A DNA stretch of 64,000 nucleotides from Bacteroidales bacterium (GTDB taxonomy: Bacteria; Bacteroidota; Bacteroidia; Bacteroidales; UBA3663): assembly GCA_017561935.1 (NCBI GenBank), contig JAFZBE010000047.1, forward strand, positions 19,680 to 83,679. Direction: 5' to 3'. The position numbers were made by a program, and so were the translations under genes. Every line of letters starts with the position of its first letter. Within the stretch, counting starts at the first letter, position 1. Positions 1-10,265 of this stretch are shown piece after piece. Under the pieces are notes generated by a model, which was not told the DNA's origin, did not search any database, and saw only the letters and a list, made by a program, of their open reading frames with translations.

Positions 1-441
1 CAACCAGGCATGGATATCGCGCATCACTTCGATAGCCGTGTAGGAGGCTGGGTCACGTGGTTGGAAGCGCTCGTCGTAAGTAACTGCTTCGACCACCTCC
101 TTGCAAAGACGATAACCCTGCCGTGTGCCATTATAGTCGTGGACGTAAGTGTGGTAAATCATCCGCTTATGGCGCAAACGCTCGAAGTCGTCGTGCAAGG
201 TCATGACCTTCAGAACCGAGCAATCGAGATAATTCGCAATCTCTCGGCGGCTCGCTACCGCATCGCCATCGAGCATGATGGCCAGAATGACACATTCGAC
301 AGGACTAATTTTCAGTTTTCGTTTGATGAAGGATGTCTCGCGCTTCACCGAAAGTAACATTGTCTCACTCAGTTTGCTGTCCTTGGCCTTCGTCAAAATG
401 GTCTCGAAGGCGCCTGCTAAAGTCATTTTCGTAGTACTCAT
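1..441 (-). CDS. hypothetical protein, N-terminal part only (runs off left edge); winged-helix-like start
   Basis: Absent from the ORF track because no stop is in view. ATG at 441 on the minus strand stays open for 147 codons to position 1 (MSTTKMTLAGAFETILTKAKDSKLSETMLLSVKRETSFIKRKLKISPVECVILAIML...). It starts 25 nt after the stop of the upstream helicase gene on the same strand. Track ORF 10..357(+) is its antisense shadow. Confidence 0.5.
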   Translation of the reverse strand, partial: MSTTKMTLAGAFETILTKAKDSKLSETMLLSVKRETSFIKRKLKISPVECVILAIMLDGDAVASRREIANYLDCSVLKVMTLHDDFERLRHKRMIYHTYVHDYNGTRQGYRLCKEVVEAVTYDERFQPRDPASYTAIEVMRDIHAWL

Positions 442-465
442 TAGCAAATCATCAAAAAAGGTTAA

Positions 466-3400
466 TTATATCGCAGACAAATCTCTGGGTCGGAAGATTC
501 GTGGCATCAGATAGCCGTGACACATGCCTCCTTGATTGTCGGAATAGGTGACCAGATGTCCGTGCCCCTTGCTTTGCGCCAGCAACCGCTGCTTCTTGTC
601 GAAGAGCTTTTCGCCGAAGCGTTGGGCCCTCGCTATGCCCTGCAGGATGTTGCCAGTCACGATATAGGCAATCTCGCGCGTCCGTTTGGGACGAATGCTG
701 TCCCATTTCTGGAGCGTGAATCCACGTACACGGCTACGGAAGATGTTGAGTTGTGACTGTCGGCTTATAGTGTCGAGGACAGCATGCTCGGTAAGGGGAA
801 TCTCGAGTTTCCGTCGTCCATCGTTCACGGCAAAGACGGCTTTGATGTTGGAACGTGACAGTCGGCCGTTGGCGATGCGATAGCCAAGGAAGATGCCTAT
901 CGATACGAAGTCAATCATTCCTGCATTGTCGATGACACCATCCTCGAACAAAGACATCGGGATACCTACTACCTGACTTGGGCAGAACATCGCTAGATCG
1001 CGCTTGATGGCACGTGTGTCGGACTCCACCTTCATAATCTGCTTGTTTTGCCCCTCCATGTCGTAGGCCTGGCTCCTCAGCGTTTCAAGTCGTTTCGGGG
1101 TGTATTTCACTTGTTCGCCAGGGTCGGTGTAGCGGGTCAGTTCGGCAAGTTTCCGTGCGGCTACAAGTCGAAGTTGCTTGTAGCGTATCAGGATGTTCTT
1201 TACCTTCTCGTCCTTCGCCTCGTCAATCCTTTGTTTCACTGTGACCATATCTGCCAACATCTTTTGAAGACGTTCGATCTCGGCTGCCGTCATGGGTTTG
1301 CGAAGCACATCCACCTCCAGTTCTTCGAGCCAGGCATCCTGTTCGAACACGCTCTTGGCCTCTGCTTTATCCTTGCCTGCCGCAAAGACCTGACGGCGTA
1401 TTAGGGTAGCCCGAAGCGGTATCATCTTGGCCACAAGCTCGTTCTCGCCGTTCTCGTTCAGATATTCCATCAGGTCGTGGTAGCGTTGCATCACGTCTTG
1501 AAGCATCTCCTCCTGGTCGTGGCAATTCATTAGTGCCAAGGAGTTCATGAAGACACGCACCAGGTCGGTCTGCGTCTCCTCGTCATTGACGTCGGGCATG
1601 TCAGGGATGAATGCTGCCATCTCGGGATGGTCGAGCAAGTACTCCTTGACCACGCGTGAACCATACTTGTTGAGAATGTTCTCGTAGGGTGCATCGGTCT
1701 TCTGGTTGGCTGTCACATTTGCATTGAGTGATCGCTGTCGGCGCTCGTTCATCATCAGGAAACGTTGTTCGGCAGGGATGGGCGACGACAGGATAATGTA
1801 GTGGCAATGGTCGAGTTGCCCGGTGCGGTCGGCACGGCCGTCGAACTGCGTCTGGCGGTCGGCACAGTCCTGCAGTTCCCAGGTGATGACGACGCGTTGG
1901 CGCGTATCTTCGTACTCGGGACTGTTGTGGAGCGAGATGCCTGTGCCCATCATACGGTTGCCGATCAGGACATCGATCCGCCCATTGTTGAAGTCAGCTG
2001 CCAGCTTCTTTTTGTCGCTAGGCTTGCACCTTACGCAAATTGCGCTTCTGTCTTCGTCATTGAGTTGTAAACCGAGACGTCGTTGCGTCAGTACGCCCAC
2101 GCTGTAGCCTGCCTGTTCGATGCGCTGCACGAAGTAGTCGATCGGACTGAGTGGTAGGCCAGTCAGTGTCCGGTCGATGCGACGACGAATGCTGTCGTAG
2201 GCCTCCTTTGCCTCACCACCAGGGAAGGCGGCATTGAGCTCGTAGATACTGATTACATTGTCGCACTTGTAGTGGGGTGCGTGTTCATGCTTTCGAGCAT
2301 TGCTGGGACGAACGCCCAAGCCGGTAACCGTGTAATGGAGCATACCGCTCAGACTCTTGTGCAGCACCAGGGCAAATTCATCGGAAGGCAGTACTTCGCC
2401 CACATCTGCGAGATTCACAAGTTGGGCTTCCATCGTATGATTGATTTGCACGATGGGCTTTTTCCCTTCGCGGAGCACGTCGAGGGTAGCTTTCACTGCA
2501 TCTTCAGCCTTGGTGGACATCAGCAACTGCTGGATGATGGGCATCATACGCTTTGAAAATCGTTCATAAAGGACGTTGACTGTGTCTTCGGCTAAGGGCA
2601 TATATTCGTTCAGATCACACTTTTGACGCAACACCGCTTCAGCATCGAGCGTATTGAGGTAGGGCTCGATGAAACGCTCTTGGAAGTCATAGAGATCCTG
2701 CACGATTTCAATCACAGCGTCGTAGCGTCGGCGTCGGAGAGTCACAGCATCTTCGTCGGTGGTGATCCGCAGTTCGCGCACCACACCGCTCATATCGCGT
2801 TCGCGGCGTGTCATGCAGCCCGACTCGGTCAGACCTTTGGCCAGTTCTTCCTGCAGAATGGGGCCGCCATGAGCCACAATGTCGATGAGTTGCTCGGCTC
2901 CGATATGTGCATCACCGATAGCCGTCTTGAGGGCATAGAGCGGCATGGACGAGGGATACTTGGCATAGGTAGCCGATGAGTAGCACACACCTCTTGCCTG
3001 CTGCACGGCTTCGCGGAAAAACTTGCCTACATTGCTCATGTCGCCGCTGGCATTATGGCATTCGTCCATCAGCAGATATGTGTCCTTGATGAAATTGCGT
3101 ACGCGACTGACTTTCCAGTTGGTACTCTCCCGACGCATCAGCTGCGAGTAGGTCAGCATCAGAAAATCATAGCCTGGGGGCAACGTGCCATACAAACGGA
3201 AGTGCTCCATCTCGCTCCGTGTGGGCAGATCATAGACCACATTGCCTTGTTGGTCAGTGACCTTTGCCTCATGGTCAGCGTTGAGGATAAAGGGGCGGAG
3301 GTGTCCGCAGCCGATGTCGTGCAGGTCGCGGTACATGTCGGAGAAGAGCAGCGAACGTTCGGTCACATACACGGGGATCCTTCGTTTCAGCAACGACCAC

Positions 3401-3780
3401 ACAATCAAGGCAGCCAGTTGTCGCCCCTTGCCTACGCCCGTCATGTCGCCGAGGATGAAGCCACGACCACGGCCCATCTGGAAGATGGCCATCGCCACGC
3501 CATCGATCTGTTCGGCGCTCAGCACGCGCTGCATCTCGTCGATGGTGTAGAACCCCAACTGCTGTCGTACCCACTGGTCCACCGGTCCTTTCTCCTGCTC
3601 GATCTGAGCCAACACATTCTCTACAGCACCGGCCATACCCATCGGGATCATCGTCCCGATCTTGCCGCCGGTGCTATAAGGCTGATATGCCACCGTGTCG
3701 GCCACCTCCCATTGTTTCATCTTCTCCATATCTTTGTCATCTGAATTTTCGACCGCAAAGATACGAAGCTTTTTCGACAT
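466..3780 (-). CDS. Strawberry-notch-like (SBNO family) P-loop helicase/NTPase
   Basis: ILGDMTGVGKGRQLAALI (Walker A in the GVGKGR context typical of Sbno proteins), MDECHNASG (DExH box), and a long C-terminal helicase/Sbno-C-like region. Start set at MSKKLRIF (3780). The maximal ORF extends to 3828. Confidence 0.8.
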   Translation of the reverse strand: MSKKLRIFAVENSDDKDMEKMKQWEVADTVAYQPYSTGGKIGTMIPMGMAGAVENVLAQIEQEKGPVDQWVRQQLGFYTIDEMQRVLSAEQIDGVAMAIFQMGRGRGFILGDMTGVGKGRQLAALIVWSLLKRRIPVYVTERSLLFSDMYRDLHDIGCGHLRPFILNADHEAKVTDQQGNVVYDLPTRSEMEHFRLYGTLPPGYDFLMLTYSQLMRRESTNWKVSRVRNFIKDTYLLMDECHNASGDMSNVGKFFREAVQQARGVCYSSATYAKYPSSMPLYALKTAIGDAHIGAEQLIDIVAHGGPILQEELAKGLTESGCMTRRERDMSGVVRELRITTDEDAVTLRRRRYDAVIEIVQDLYDFQERFIEPYLNTLDAEAVLRQKCDLNEYMPLAEDTVNVLYERFSKRMMPIIQQLLMSTKAEDAVKATLDVLREGKKPIVQINHTMEAQLVNLADVGEVLPSDEFALVLHKSLSGMLHYTVTGLGVRPSNARKHEHAPHYKCDNVISIYELNAAFPGGEAKEAYDSIRRRIDRTLTGLPLSPIDYFVQRIEQAGYSVGVLTQRRLGLQLNDEDRSAICVRCKPSDKKKLAADFNNGRIDVLIGNRMMGTGISLHNSPEYEDTRQRVVITWELQDCADRQTQFDGRADRTGQLDHCHYIILSSPIPAEQRFLMMNERRQRSLNANVTANQKTDAPYENILNKYGSRVVKEYLLDHPEMAAFIPDMPDVNDEETQTDLVRVFMNSLALMNCHDQEEMLQDVMQRYHDLMEYLNENGENELVAKMIPLRATLIRRQVFAAGKDKAEAKSVFEQDAWLEELEVDVLRKPMTAAEIERLQKMLADMVTVKQRIDEAKDEKVKNILIRYKQLRLVAARKLAELTRYTDPGEQVKYTPKRLETLRSQAYDMEGQNKQIMKVESDTRAIKRDLAMFCPSQVVGIPMSLFEDGVIDNAGMIDFVSIGIFLGYRIANGRLSRSNIKAVFAVNDGRRKLEIPLTEHAVLDTISRQSQLNIFRSRVRGFTLQKWDSIRPKRTREIAYIVTGNILQGIARAQRFGEKLFDKKQRLLAQSKGHGHLVTYSDNQGGMCHGYLMPRIFRPRDLSAI

Positions 3781-3830
3781 GCAAAATCCTTTGCAACCTT
3801 GAAAATCGACAACCCCACTTTTGTGCACAA

Positions 3831-3868
3831 AGAGGGCTGCACAACCTTCGCTGTGCAGCCCTCTTTTT
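3831..3868 (-). terminator. stem-loop terminator after the PNPOx-like gene (also readable on + strand)
   Basis: agagggctgcaca / tgtgcagccctct inverted repeat with an 8-nt loop, T/A runs on both sides, 22 nt after the stop at 3890. Confidence 0.6.
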
Positions 3869-3889
3869 AAAAATTATTTGTTCTTGAAA

Positions 3890-4291
3890 CTAGAACTCAA
3901 AGGTCTTGGTAGGAGCCACAAATGAGCAAATTGATGCCTTGACCTGAGTCAGATAATACACCGCTGTATTGCCATCATTCTCGTTGTACATGGCACGCAG
4001 CTCGGGATAGGCATCGAGCATTGCCTTCTTAGCCTCGATACGGGGATCCTCGACCAACACTGCAGCGATGCGGCACCATTTGCCCTGTCCATCGAAAGCG
4101 CTGATCTCTACCTTCGGATTAGCGGCAATCTGATGTGCCACGGGCTTCACATGTCCTGTCTGAACATAAAGTTTGCCCTCGAACTCGATGAATGTCCCAA
4201 AAGGACGAACGCGGGGCTGATCGCCCTCGCACGTAGCAATGAAGTAGCACGGACAGCTCTTCACAAACTTCAAGATCTCTTCCATGGTCAA
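3890..4291 (-). CDS. pyridoxamine 5'-phosphate oxidase-like FMN-binding family protein
   Basis: 133 aa with a split-barrel PNPOx-like pattern (CYFIATCEGDQPRVRPFG...GKLYVQTG...KVEISAF). Confidence 0.65.
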   Translation of the reverse strand: MTMEEILKFVKSCPCYFIATCEGDQPRVRPFGTFIEFEGKLYVQTGHVKPVAHQIAANPKVEISAFDGQGKWCRIAAVLVEDPRIEAKKAMLDAYPELRAMYNENDGNTAVYYLTQVKASICSFVAPTKTFEF

Positions 4292-4298
4292 TTGTTTT

Positions 4299-6572
4299 TT
4301 ATTTATGTATTCTCTTGTATTCCTTGCCTGCTATCCTGACTACGTAAATACCCTTGGGAAGATGGTTGAGAGTTGTTGAGGTGGCAGGATCGGAAGGATA
4401 GCCCTCAAGAACAAGCTCTCCCCTCAGGTTATAGACACGCAGCGTGGAACCATCGTTGATCTCGGCATCTATTGCCCCCTGTTGTTCCGGATCAATGATA
4501 TCACCTATCTCATAATAGCTCAATAGAGACTCGGGATCGGTTGAGGGGAGGGTGAGATAAGCCTTGTTGGCAGCGAGGGTCTGCATATTGCTTGATGTCA
4601 CACGATAGAAGCCAACAATCCCATTCTGCTTTAGAAGCACATAACTGTCGGCAGGTGCCCACATCTCTTTGCAAGAGCCGTTGAGCAGTCCCAACGGACG
4701 ATGGTCCCATTCGGGAATCCTGTACCCCGAGATGGTATAGAGCCCCGGTTCGCCTTGGACGAGATAGGGCTTGTTGGCTTCGAAGGTCGTGACGGTCAGC
4801 AGTGTCAGTTTTCCGTTGTTTGCTTCATTGATCATATAGGCCGACAACCCCTCAGGAACGACAGCGGCGAATGGGATATAGACAGTTTCCCATCCAATAG
4901 AGGAGATGGACAGTTCATAGTCGCCGACGGTACACGATAGCTTCGTGTCCATCCAAGGAATCCTCTTGCCGATGTAATCCTTCACCTGTGCGACTTCGGC
5001 CATATAACTGCCCCAAACGGGAATGTTGGGGTGTATCTGCTGCAGCATGACAGGCCAACGCCAGAAGTTTATCTCCTGAGATTGGTTAAGTGAGTCAGCA
5101 AAACTGTCGACGATGTCCAGTAGCGCCGTCTCGTCGATGGCACTGGTGGCACGTAATCGTGCCCATTCAGCCTGAAGTCCATGTTGGGCGCAGGAATCGG
5201 ACAGGAGGATATCGACAAACCGCTTCATGTCGCCAATATTTGAACCGCCTGACCTATAGAGCCAATCCGACTTCCCGTTGATGGGGTAGGTGCGATAGTC
5301 ATCGTCGAAGGACAAATCCATATCCCAGACGGGACAAGCATATAGACGATTATCGCCTCGCGGCTTGTACATATAGACACTATAATAGGTGTCGGTATTT
5401 CCCACAAACTCCTGATGCAGATGTCGCTTGATGAAGCTAGGTAGGTCAAGATACTGCTGGTAACCCGTTTCCTCGTCGAAATCCTTGTTATAAAGCTTTT
5501 TCTCCATCTTGTTGAAATGACTTTTGATATAAGCTTTCTGGACATCAAGAATCTCGTCGCTGTTGGGCGACTTGATGGTTACAGGGTTCTTGTGCGTAGA
5601 GTTGAACCAAACGGGCTCGTTCGTGGCATATCCATCGATTTCGATAAGGTAGCCTCCGGTGAGCGAATCCCCTGCAACACAGAGGGAATCCATCGGATCG
5701 ATGTCAATCCTTCCCTTGCGGATTTCCACTTGGTCGCAAAGTTCGTAGCAGCCTTTGAAGTCACCATTGACCCATACGTTGACAGGTATGCAGAAGGGAG
5801 TATAGGTCAGTCCGATGCGTCGGCTGATTTCGAACGCAAGCATGTTGCGCATCAAGGTCTTGTCTAGAAGACTCGGCAGAAGCGTCCATTTCCTGGCTTT
5901 TGAGGGAGATCCAAGAATACGCCTCTTCTGGTCGAACTTGATGCGATAGGGTTTCTTATCAAGAGTCATGGTGTAATTTCCCCTCAGACGGATGGTGCCG
6001 GTATCTTGAACAAGTTTCTTTCCATCAGCCGAAATGATGGAGATGATCGAGGGTAACTGATGCTCCTTATCTACAGGCTCCTTAAGACCCTCGACGTAGA
6101 TGGAAACTGTAGGCAGGTTGGTAGGAGAGTAGAAAAGCGAATCATCACCCTCGGCCTCGAAACCGTAGAATTCCAGCTGGGCGACTTCTGAACGGAAGCC
6201 ATGAGGACCGAGGTAACGGACATAACGGAAAGCTCGGCTGACGTGGATGTCGGCATAGGCAGTCTGACCTACAGTCAGAGAATCGAGGATCATATAAAGA
6301 GGCAGTGCATCGGAAAAGTCGGAAGTGTTCGCACCTTCGATAAGGCCATAGCGTGTGGGATTACCGGAGGAGGGGCATATGCCGACGGAGGTAATGACAT
6401 AGGGGGTCGAAAGGTCGAATCCCATCCAATCCTTTCCATTACCTATGGGTGTGCCTGCCAATCGCTGCTGAGCAGAAACAACGAAAGGGGTCAGCATCAT
6501 GAAAAGCATCATGCTCTTCAAAATGCCGACTCCTATAGAGAGCAAATGGAACGTTGTCCAGCTTGACTTCAT
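4299..6572 (-). CDS. CotH-family protein (putative kinase) with N-terminal discoidin-like region and T9SS C-terminal sorting domain
   Basis: Signal peptide. CotH-like core (KKPYRIKFD..., YYSVYMYKP..., CPVWDMDLSFDDD). C-terminal ~80 aa beta-rich tail ending GIYVVRIAGKEYKRIHK, typical of Por/T9SS CTDs. Confidence 0.65.
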   Translation of the reverse strand: MKSSWTTFHLLSIGVGILKSMMLFMMLTPFVVSAQQRLAGTPIGNGKDWMGFDLSTPYVITSVGICPSSGNPTRYGLIEGANTSDFSDALPLYMILDSLTVGQTAYADIHVSRAFRYVRYLGPHGFRSEVAQLEFYGFEAEGDDSLFYSPTNLPTVSIYVEGLKEPVDKEHQLPSIISIISADGKKLVQDTGTIRLRGNYTMTLDKKPYRIKFDQKRRILGSPSKARKWTLLPSLLDKTLMRNMLAFEISRRIGLTYTPFCIPVNVWVNGDFKGCYELCDQVEIRKGRIDIDPMDSLCVAGDSLTGGYLIEIDGYATNEPVWFNSTHKNPVTIKSPNSDEILDVQKAYIKSHFNKMEKKLYNKDFDEETGYQQYLDLPSFIKRHLHQEFVGNTDTYYSVYMYKPRGDNRLYACPVWDMDLSFDDDYRTYPINGKSDWLYRSGGSNIGDMKRFVDILLSDSCAQHGLQAEWARLRATSAIDETALLDIVDSFADSLNQSQEINFWRWPVMLQQIHPNIPVWGSYMAEVAQVKDYIGKRIPWMDTKLSCTVGDYELSISSIGWETVYIPFAAVVPEGLSAYMINEANNGKLTLLTVTTFEANKPYLVQGEPGLYTISGYRIPEWDHRPLGLLNGSCKEMWAPADSYVLLKQNGIVGFYRVTSSNMQTLAANKAYLTLPSTDPESLLSYYEIGDIIDPEQQGAIDAEINDGSTLRVYNLRGELVLEGYPSDPATSTTLNHLPKGIYVVRIAGKEYKRIHK

Positions 6573-6598
6573 TGTTCGAAATTGTTATATCTAGGGTG

Positions 6599-6606
6599 CA
6601 AAGATA
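6599..6606 (-). promoter_or_regulatory. Bacteroidota -7 box (TATCTTTG) for the CotH-like gene
   Basis: The plus strand reads caaagata. This is the TAnnTTTG consensus on the minus strand, 27 nt upstream of the ATG at 6572. Confidence 0.55.
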
Positions 6607-6650
6607 ATAACAATTATCGAACGCGCCAAATATTTCGTGAAAAAAACGTA

Positions 6651-7583
6651 CTAACCTGCGAAAAGGACGGTCGAGAGGTAACGCTCGCCCGTGTCGGGAA
6701 GAACAACGACTACCCGTTTGCCCTTGTTCTCGGGACGACGTGCCACCTCGCCGGCAGCAAAGAGAGCTGCACCTGCTGAGATGCCTACGAGCAGACCTTC
6801 CTGACGAGCTATCTCGCGACCAGTGGCGATGGCGTCATCGTTCTCGACATCGAACACTTCATCGATGACTTGCGCATCGTAGGTCTTGGGAATGAAGCCC
6901 GCTCCGATGCCTTGGATCTTGTGCGGGCCGCTTGGTCCGCCGTTGAGCACAGGCGAAGACTTCGGTTCGACAGCTATCACTTTGATGTTCGGATTCTGCT
7001 CCTTCAAATATTTGCCTGTTCCACTGATGGTGCCTCCTGTGCCTACTCCTGCCACCAGGATATCCACCTTACCGTCGGTATCGCGCCATATCTCGGGGCC
7101 CGTGGTGGCATAGTGCTTGGCAGGATTGGCGGCGTTCTCGAACTGCTGGAGGATGATGCTGCTAGGCGTCTTGTCACGCAACTCCTCGGCTGCACGGATA
7201 GCGCCGGGCATGCCGTCCTTGCCAGGAGTCAACTGCACCACGGCACCGTATGCCTTCACCAGGTTGCGACGTTCGATGCTCATCGTCTCGGGCATGGTGA
7301 GGATAAGCTTGTATCCTTTCACAGCACTGACCATTGCCAGACCTACGCCTGTATTGCCGCTGGTAGGCTCGATGATGGTGGCTCCCGGCTTCAGCAGGCC
7401 TTTCTGTTCGGCATCCTCGATCATTGCCAAAGCAATACGATCCTTCACACTGCCGCCTGGATTAAAAAACTCTACCTTGGCTATGACGGGGGTGTCAATG
7501 CCTTTTGCATTTGAAAACTTGTTGAGCTCCACAAGTGGGGTGTTGCCGATAAGATCGGTCAACTGTTTAGAAATTTTTGCCAT
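6651..7583 (-). CDS. cysK: cysteine synthase A (O-acetylserine sulfhydrylase)
   Basis: [10 protein letters not shown]...NPGGSVKDR (PLP lysine motif), GTGGTISG, 310 aa. Confidence 0.95.
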   Translation of the reverse strand: MAKISKQLTDLIGNTPLVELNKFSNAKGIDTPVIAKVEFFNPGGSVKDRIALAMIEDAEQKGLLKPGATIIEPTSGNTGVGLAMVSAVKGYKLILTMPETMSIERRNLVKAYGAVVQLTPGKDGMPGAIRAAEELRDKTPSSIILQQFENAANPAKHYATTGPEIWRDTDGKVDILVAGVGTGGTISGTGKYLKEQNPNIKVIAVEPKSSPVLNGGPSGPHKIQGIGAGFIPKTYDAQVIDEVFDVENDDAIATGREIARQEGLLVGISAGAALFAAGEVARRPENKGKRVVVVLPDTGERYLSTVLFAG

Positions 7584-7613
7584 GTCTTCGATGTTTTAAT
7601 AAAATAATACCTT

Positions 7614-8324
7614 TTAATCCTCTTTTACAATCGGGTAGAGTTCGATAAACTCCCCTTGATGGCTACTGCCATCATTAATCAGTTCGGCAACCTTTTGTCC
7701 CACCGTCTCAATGTCATGGAAACCGGGAAGACTCATATTGCCGTTCAAATCGGTCGTAGTTGGCCCAGGATGGACGGAGAACACCTCCAAAGGCGAACTG
7801 CTTTGCTGAAACTCCACTGCCATCACACCCATCATGGCGTTCTGGGCTGCCTTACTTGCCACGTAGGCGAGCGGGTGCCAATAGGGGCTGATCTTCGAAG
7901 GTACTGTGATGTTTACAATCCTGCCGCCGTTCTTTTCGAGCAAAGGCATGAGCGCCTTGGTAAGCGCGAAAGTGCCTATGAAGTTCACATCGATGGTTTC
8001 CCTGATGTCGGAGATGTCGGTATGCTGACTATCGACACCCATGTTGCCCGGAATGCCCGCATTGTTGACGAGAAGTGACAACTTGGGATATTTTTCATTC
8101 ACCTCCTTGGCGGCCTGCTCGAGACCTTCGAGGTCTTTCAGTTCGATGTTAATCCAACCGAGCACATCGACACCTGATGATGCCAGCTTTGCGACAGCTT
8201 CCGAAGCCCGATCGTTGTTTCGAGCACCGATGACAACCTTCCAGCCACTGAGGCCGAGATGTTTTGCGATACCAAATCCGATGCCTTTATTTGCACCTGT
8301 TACCAATACAATCTTTTCTTTCAT
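7614..8324 (-). CDS. SDR-family oxidoreductase
   Basis: VLVTGANKGIGFGIA (TGxxxGxG), NNAG, YVASKAA (YxxxK). Confidence 0.85.
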   Translation of the reverse strand: MKEKIVLVTGANKGIGFGIAKHLGLSGWKVVIGARNNDRASEAVAKLASSGVDVLGWINIELKDLEGLEQAAKEVNEKYPKLSLLVNNAGIPGNMGVDSQHTDISDIRETIDVNFIGTFALTKALMPLLEKNGGRIVNITVPSKISPYWHPLAYVASKAAQNAMMGVMAVEFQQSSSPLEVFSVHPGPTTTDLNGNMSLPGFHDIETVGQKVAELINDGSSHQGEFIELYPIVKED

Positions 8325-8332
8325 TTGCTATT

Positions 8333-9625
8333 TTAAATTTTTTCAAAGGCTTGAGCGAGGTCCTCAAGAATGTCCTCGATATGCTCCGTGCCGACCGACA
8401 GGCGAATGGTCGAGGGCGTGATATGCTGTTCGGCCAATTCCTCGGGTGAAAGCTGTGAGTGGGTCGTCGTGTAGGGATGGATGACGAGACTCTTCACATC
8501 AGCCACATTGGCCAGCAGCGAAAATATCTGGAGCGCATCGATAAACTTCCATGCTTCCTCCTGTCCTCCCTTGATCTCGAAGGTGAAGATCGAGCCGCCA
8601 CCGTTGGGGAAATACTTCTTGTAGAGCTGGTGGTCGGGATGGCTCTCGAGGGCAGGATGGTTCACCTTGGCCACCTTGGGATGCTTGGCAAGGAAGTCCA
8701 CCACCTTGAGTGCATTCTCGACATGACGTTCCACACGCAGGCTCAACGTCTCGACACCCTGCAACAGGATAAATGCATTAAAGGGTGAGAGGGTAGCACC
8801 CGTATCGCGCAGCAGGACCGCACGAATGCGTGTGACGTATGCAGCAGCTCCTACAGCCTGGGCAAAGACGATGCCATGATACGAAGGATCGGGCTTGGCC
8901 AAGGTGGGGAACTTGTCGGGATTAGCCAACCAGTCGAACCTGCCACCATCGACAATGACACCGCCGAGGCTGGTACCATGTCCACCCAGGAACTTCGTGG
9001 CCGAATGAACCACGATGTCGGCACCATGCTCCAAAGGGCGGATCAGATAAGGTGTGCCGAAAGTATTGTCCACGATGAACGGGATACCATACTTATGTGC
9101 CACGGCTGCCACACCCTCGAGGTCAAGCACGTCGCTGTTGGGGTTGCCGAAAGTCTCGGCATACACCACTTTCGTATTAGGCCGAATGGCAGCTTCCAGC
9201 GCGGCAAGGTCATTTACATTAACGATGGTATTGGTGACGCCTTGCGTAGCTAGCGTATGGGTAATCAGATTGTACGAACCACCATAAAGGTTATCGGCAG
9301 CCACGATGTGGTCTCCTGCCTGCACAATGTTCTGCAGAGCGTAGGTGATGGCAGCGGCTCCACTGGCAACGGCCAGACCTGCTATACCGCCCTCCAAAGC
9401 AGCCACACGATCCTCGAACACACCTTGTGTGGAGTTGGTCAGACGACCGTAGATGTTACCTGCATCACGCAATCCGAACCGGTCGGCAGCATGCTGGCTA
9501 TTGTGAAACACATAACTCGTGGTCTGATAAATGGGCACGGCACGGGCATCAGTGGCGGGGTCGGCCTGTTCTTGTCCTACATGAAGCTGAAGGGTCTCGA
9601 AACGAAAATTCTTTTTTGCACACAT
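8333..9625 (-). CDS. metY: O-acetylhomoserine aminocarboxypropyltransferase/sulfhydrylase (PLP-dependent)
   Basis: FETLQLHVGQ...AVPIYQTTSYVF, HSATKFLGGHG (PLP Lys), 430 aa. Confidence 0.9.
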   Translation of the reverse strand: MCAKKNFRFETLQLHVGQEQADPATDARAVPIYQTTSYVFHNSQHAADRFGLRDAGNIYGRLTNSTQGVFEDRVAALEGGIAGLAVASGAAAITYALQNIVQAGDHIVAADNLYGGSYNLITHTLATQGVTNTIVNVNDLAALEAAIRPNTKVVYAETFGNPNSDVLDLEGVAAVAHKYGIPFIVDNTFGTPYLIRPLEHGADIVVHSATKFLGGHGTSLGGVIVDGGRFDWLANPDKFPTLAKPDPSYHGIVFAQAVGAAAYVTRIRAVLLRDTGATLSPFNAFILLQGVETLSLRVERHVENALKVVDFLAKHPKVAKVNHPALESHPDHQLYKKYFPNGGGSIFTFEIKGGQEEAWKFIDALQIFSLLANVADVKSLVIHPYTTTHSQLSPEELAEQHITPSTIRLSVGTEHIEDILEDLAQAFEKI

Positions 9626-9656
9626 AATCTTACAATTTTAAGTTATTTTACGGGTG

Positions 9657-9664
9657 CAAAGATA
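9657..9664 (-). promoter_or_regulatory. -7 box (TATCTTTG) for metY-SDR-cysK transcription
   Basis: The plus strand reads caaagata, 32 nt upstream of the ATG at 9625. Confidence 0.55.
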
Positions 9665-9793
9665 CGGCCTTTGGAAATATTCTCCAAATTTCTTGCGAAT
9701 TTCGGAAAATCTATCTAAATTTGCGCCGTCGAAAGAGATTCTTTCCGATACAGGCTTTCAAAAACCCACCAAACAGAATAAAATTCCAAATTT

Positions 9794-10258
9794 ATGACCG
9801 AGACATTAGACAAAACCGACTTGCTGATACTCAAAACGCTTCAAAAAAATGCGAAATTGACCACAAAAGAGCTTGCTGATGCCGTAAATCTTACTCCTAC
9901 ACCCGTCTTTGAACGGCAAAAAAGACTCGAAAAACAGGGTTACATCAAGAAATACGTAGCTGTGCTCGACCCCGAGAAACTGGGGCAGGGGCTGCTGGTA
10001 TTCTGCAAAGTGAAGCTGAAGCAGATTAACCACGAGATTGCCGATGCCTTCACTCGTCGCATCCAGCGCATCCCTGAAGTGACCGAGTGCTATAACACGA
10101 GTGGCGCCTACGATTATTTATTAAAAGTTCGCGCGCGAGACATGAAACAGTACCAGGAGTTCGTGCTCAATAAACTCGGCGACATCGACTCGGTCGGCGC
10201 TATCGAAAGTACCTTCGTCATGAGCGAGATAAAGCAGAACTACGGCATCAATATATAA
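9794..10258 (+). CDS. Lrp/AsnC-family transcriptional regulator
   Basis: LDKTDLLILKTLQKNAKLTTKELADAVNLTPTPVFERQKRLEKQGYIKKY followed by a C-terminal RAM/AsnC_trans_reg-like half. It is divergent from the sulfur-amino-acid genes. Confidence 0.9.
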   Translation: MTETLDKTDLLILKTLQKNAKLTTKELADAVNLTPTPVFERQKRLEKQGYIKKYVAVLDPEKLGQGLLVFCKVKLKQINHEIADAFTRRIQRIPEVTECYNTSGAYDYLLKVRARDMKQYQEFVLNKLGDIDSVGAIESTFVMSEIKQNYGINI

Positions 10259-10265
10259 GAAACGA

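Noticed and set aside
10-357. Track ORF of 115 aa on the plus strand at the left edge
   Set aside because: It is antisense to a better minus-strand frame (1-441). That frame starts at an ATG 25 nt after the helicase stop and has protein-like composition. The plus-strand ORF is a shadow.
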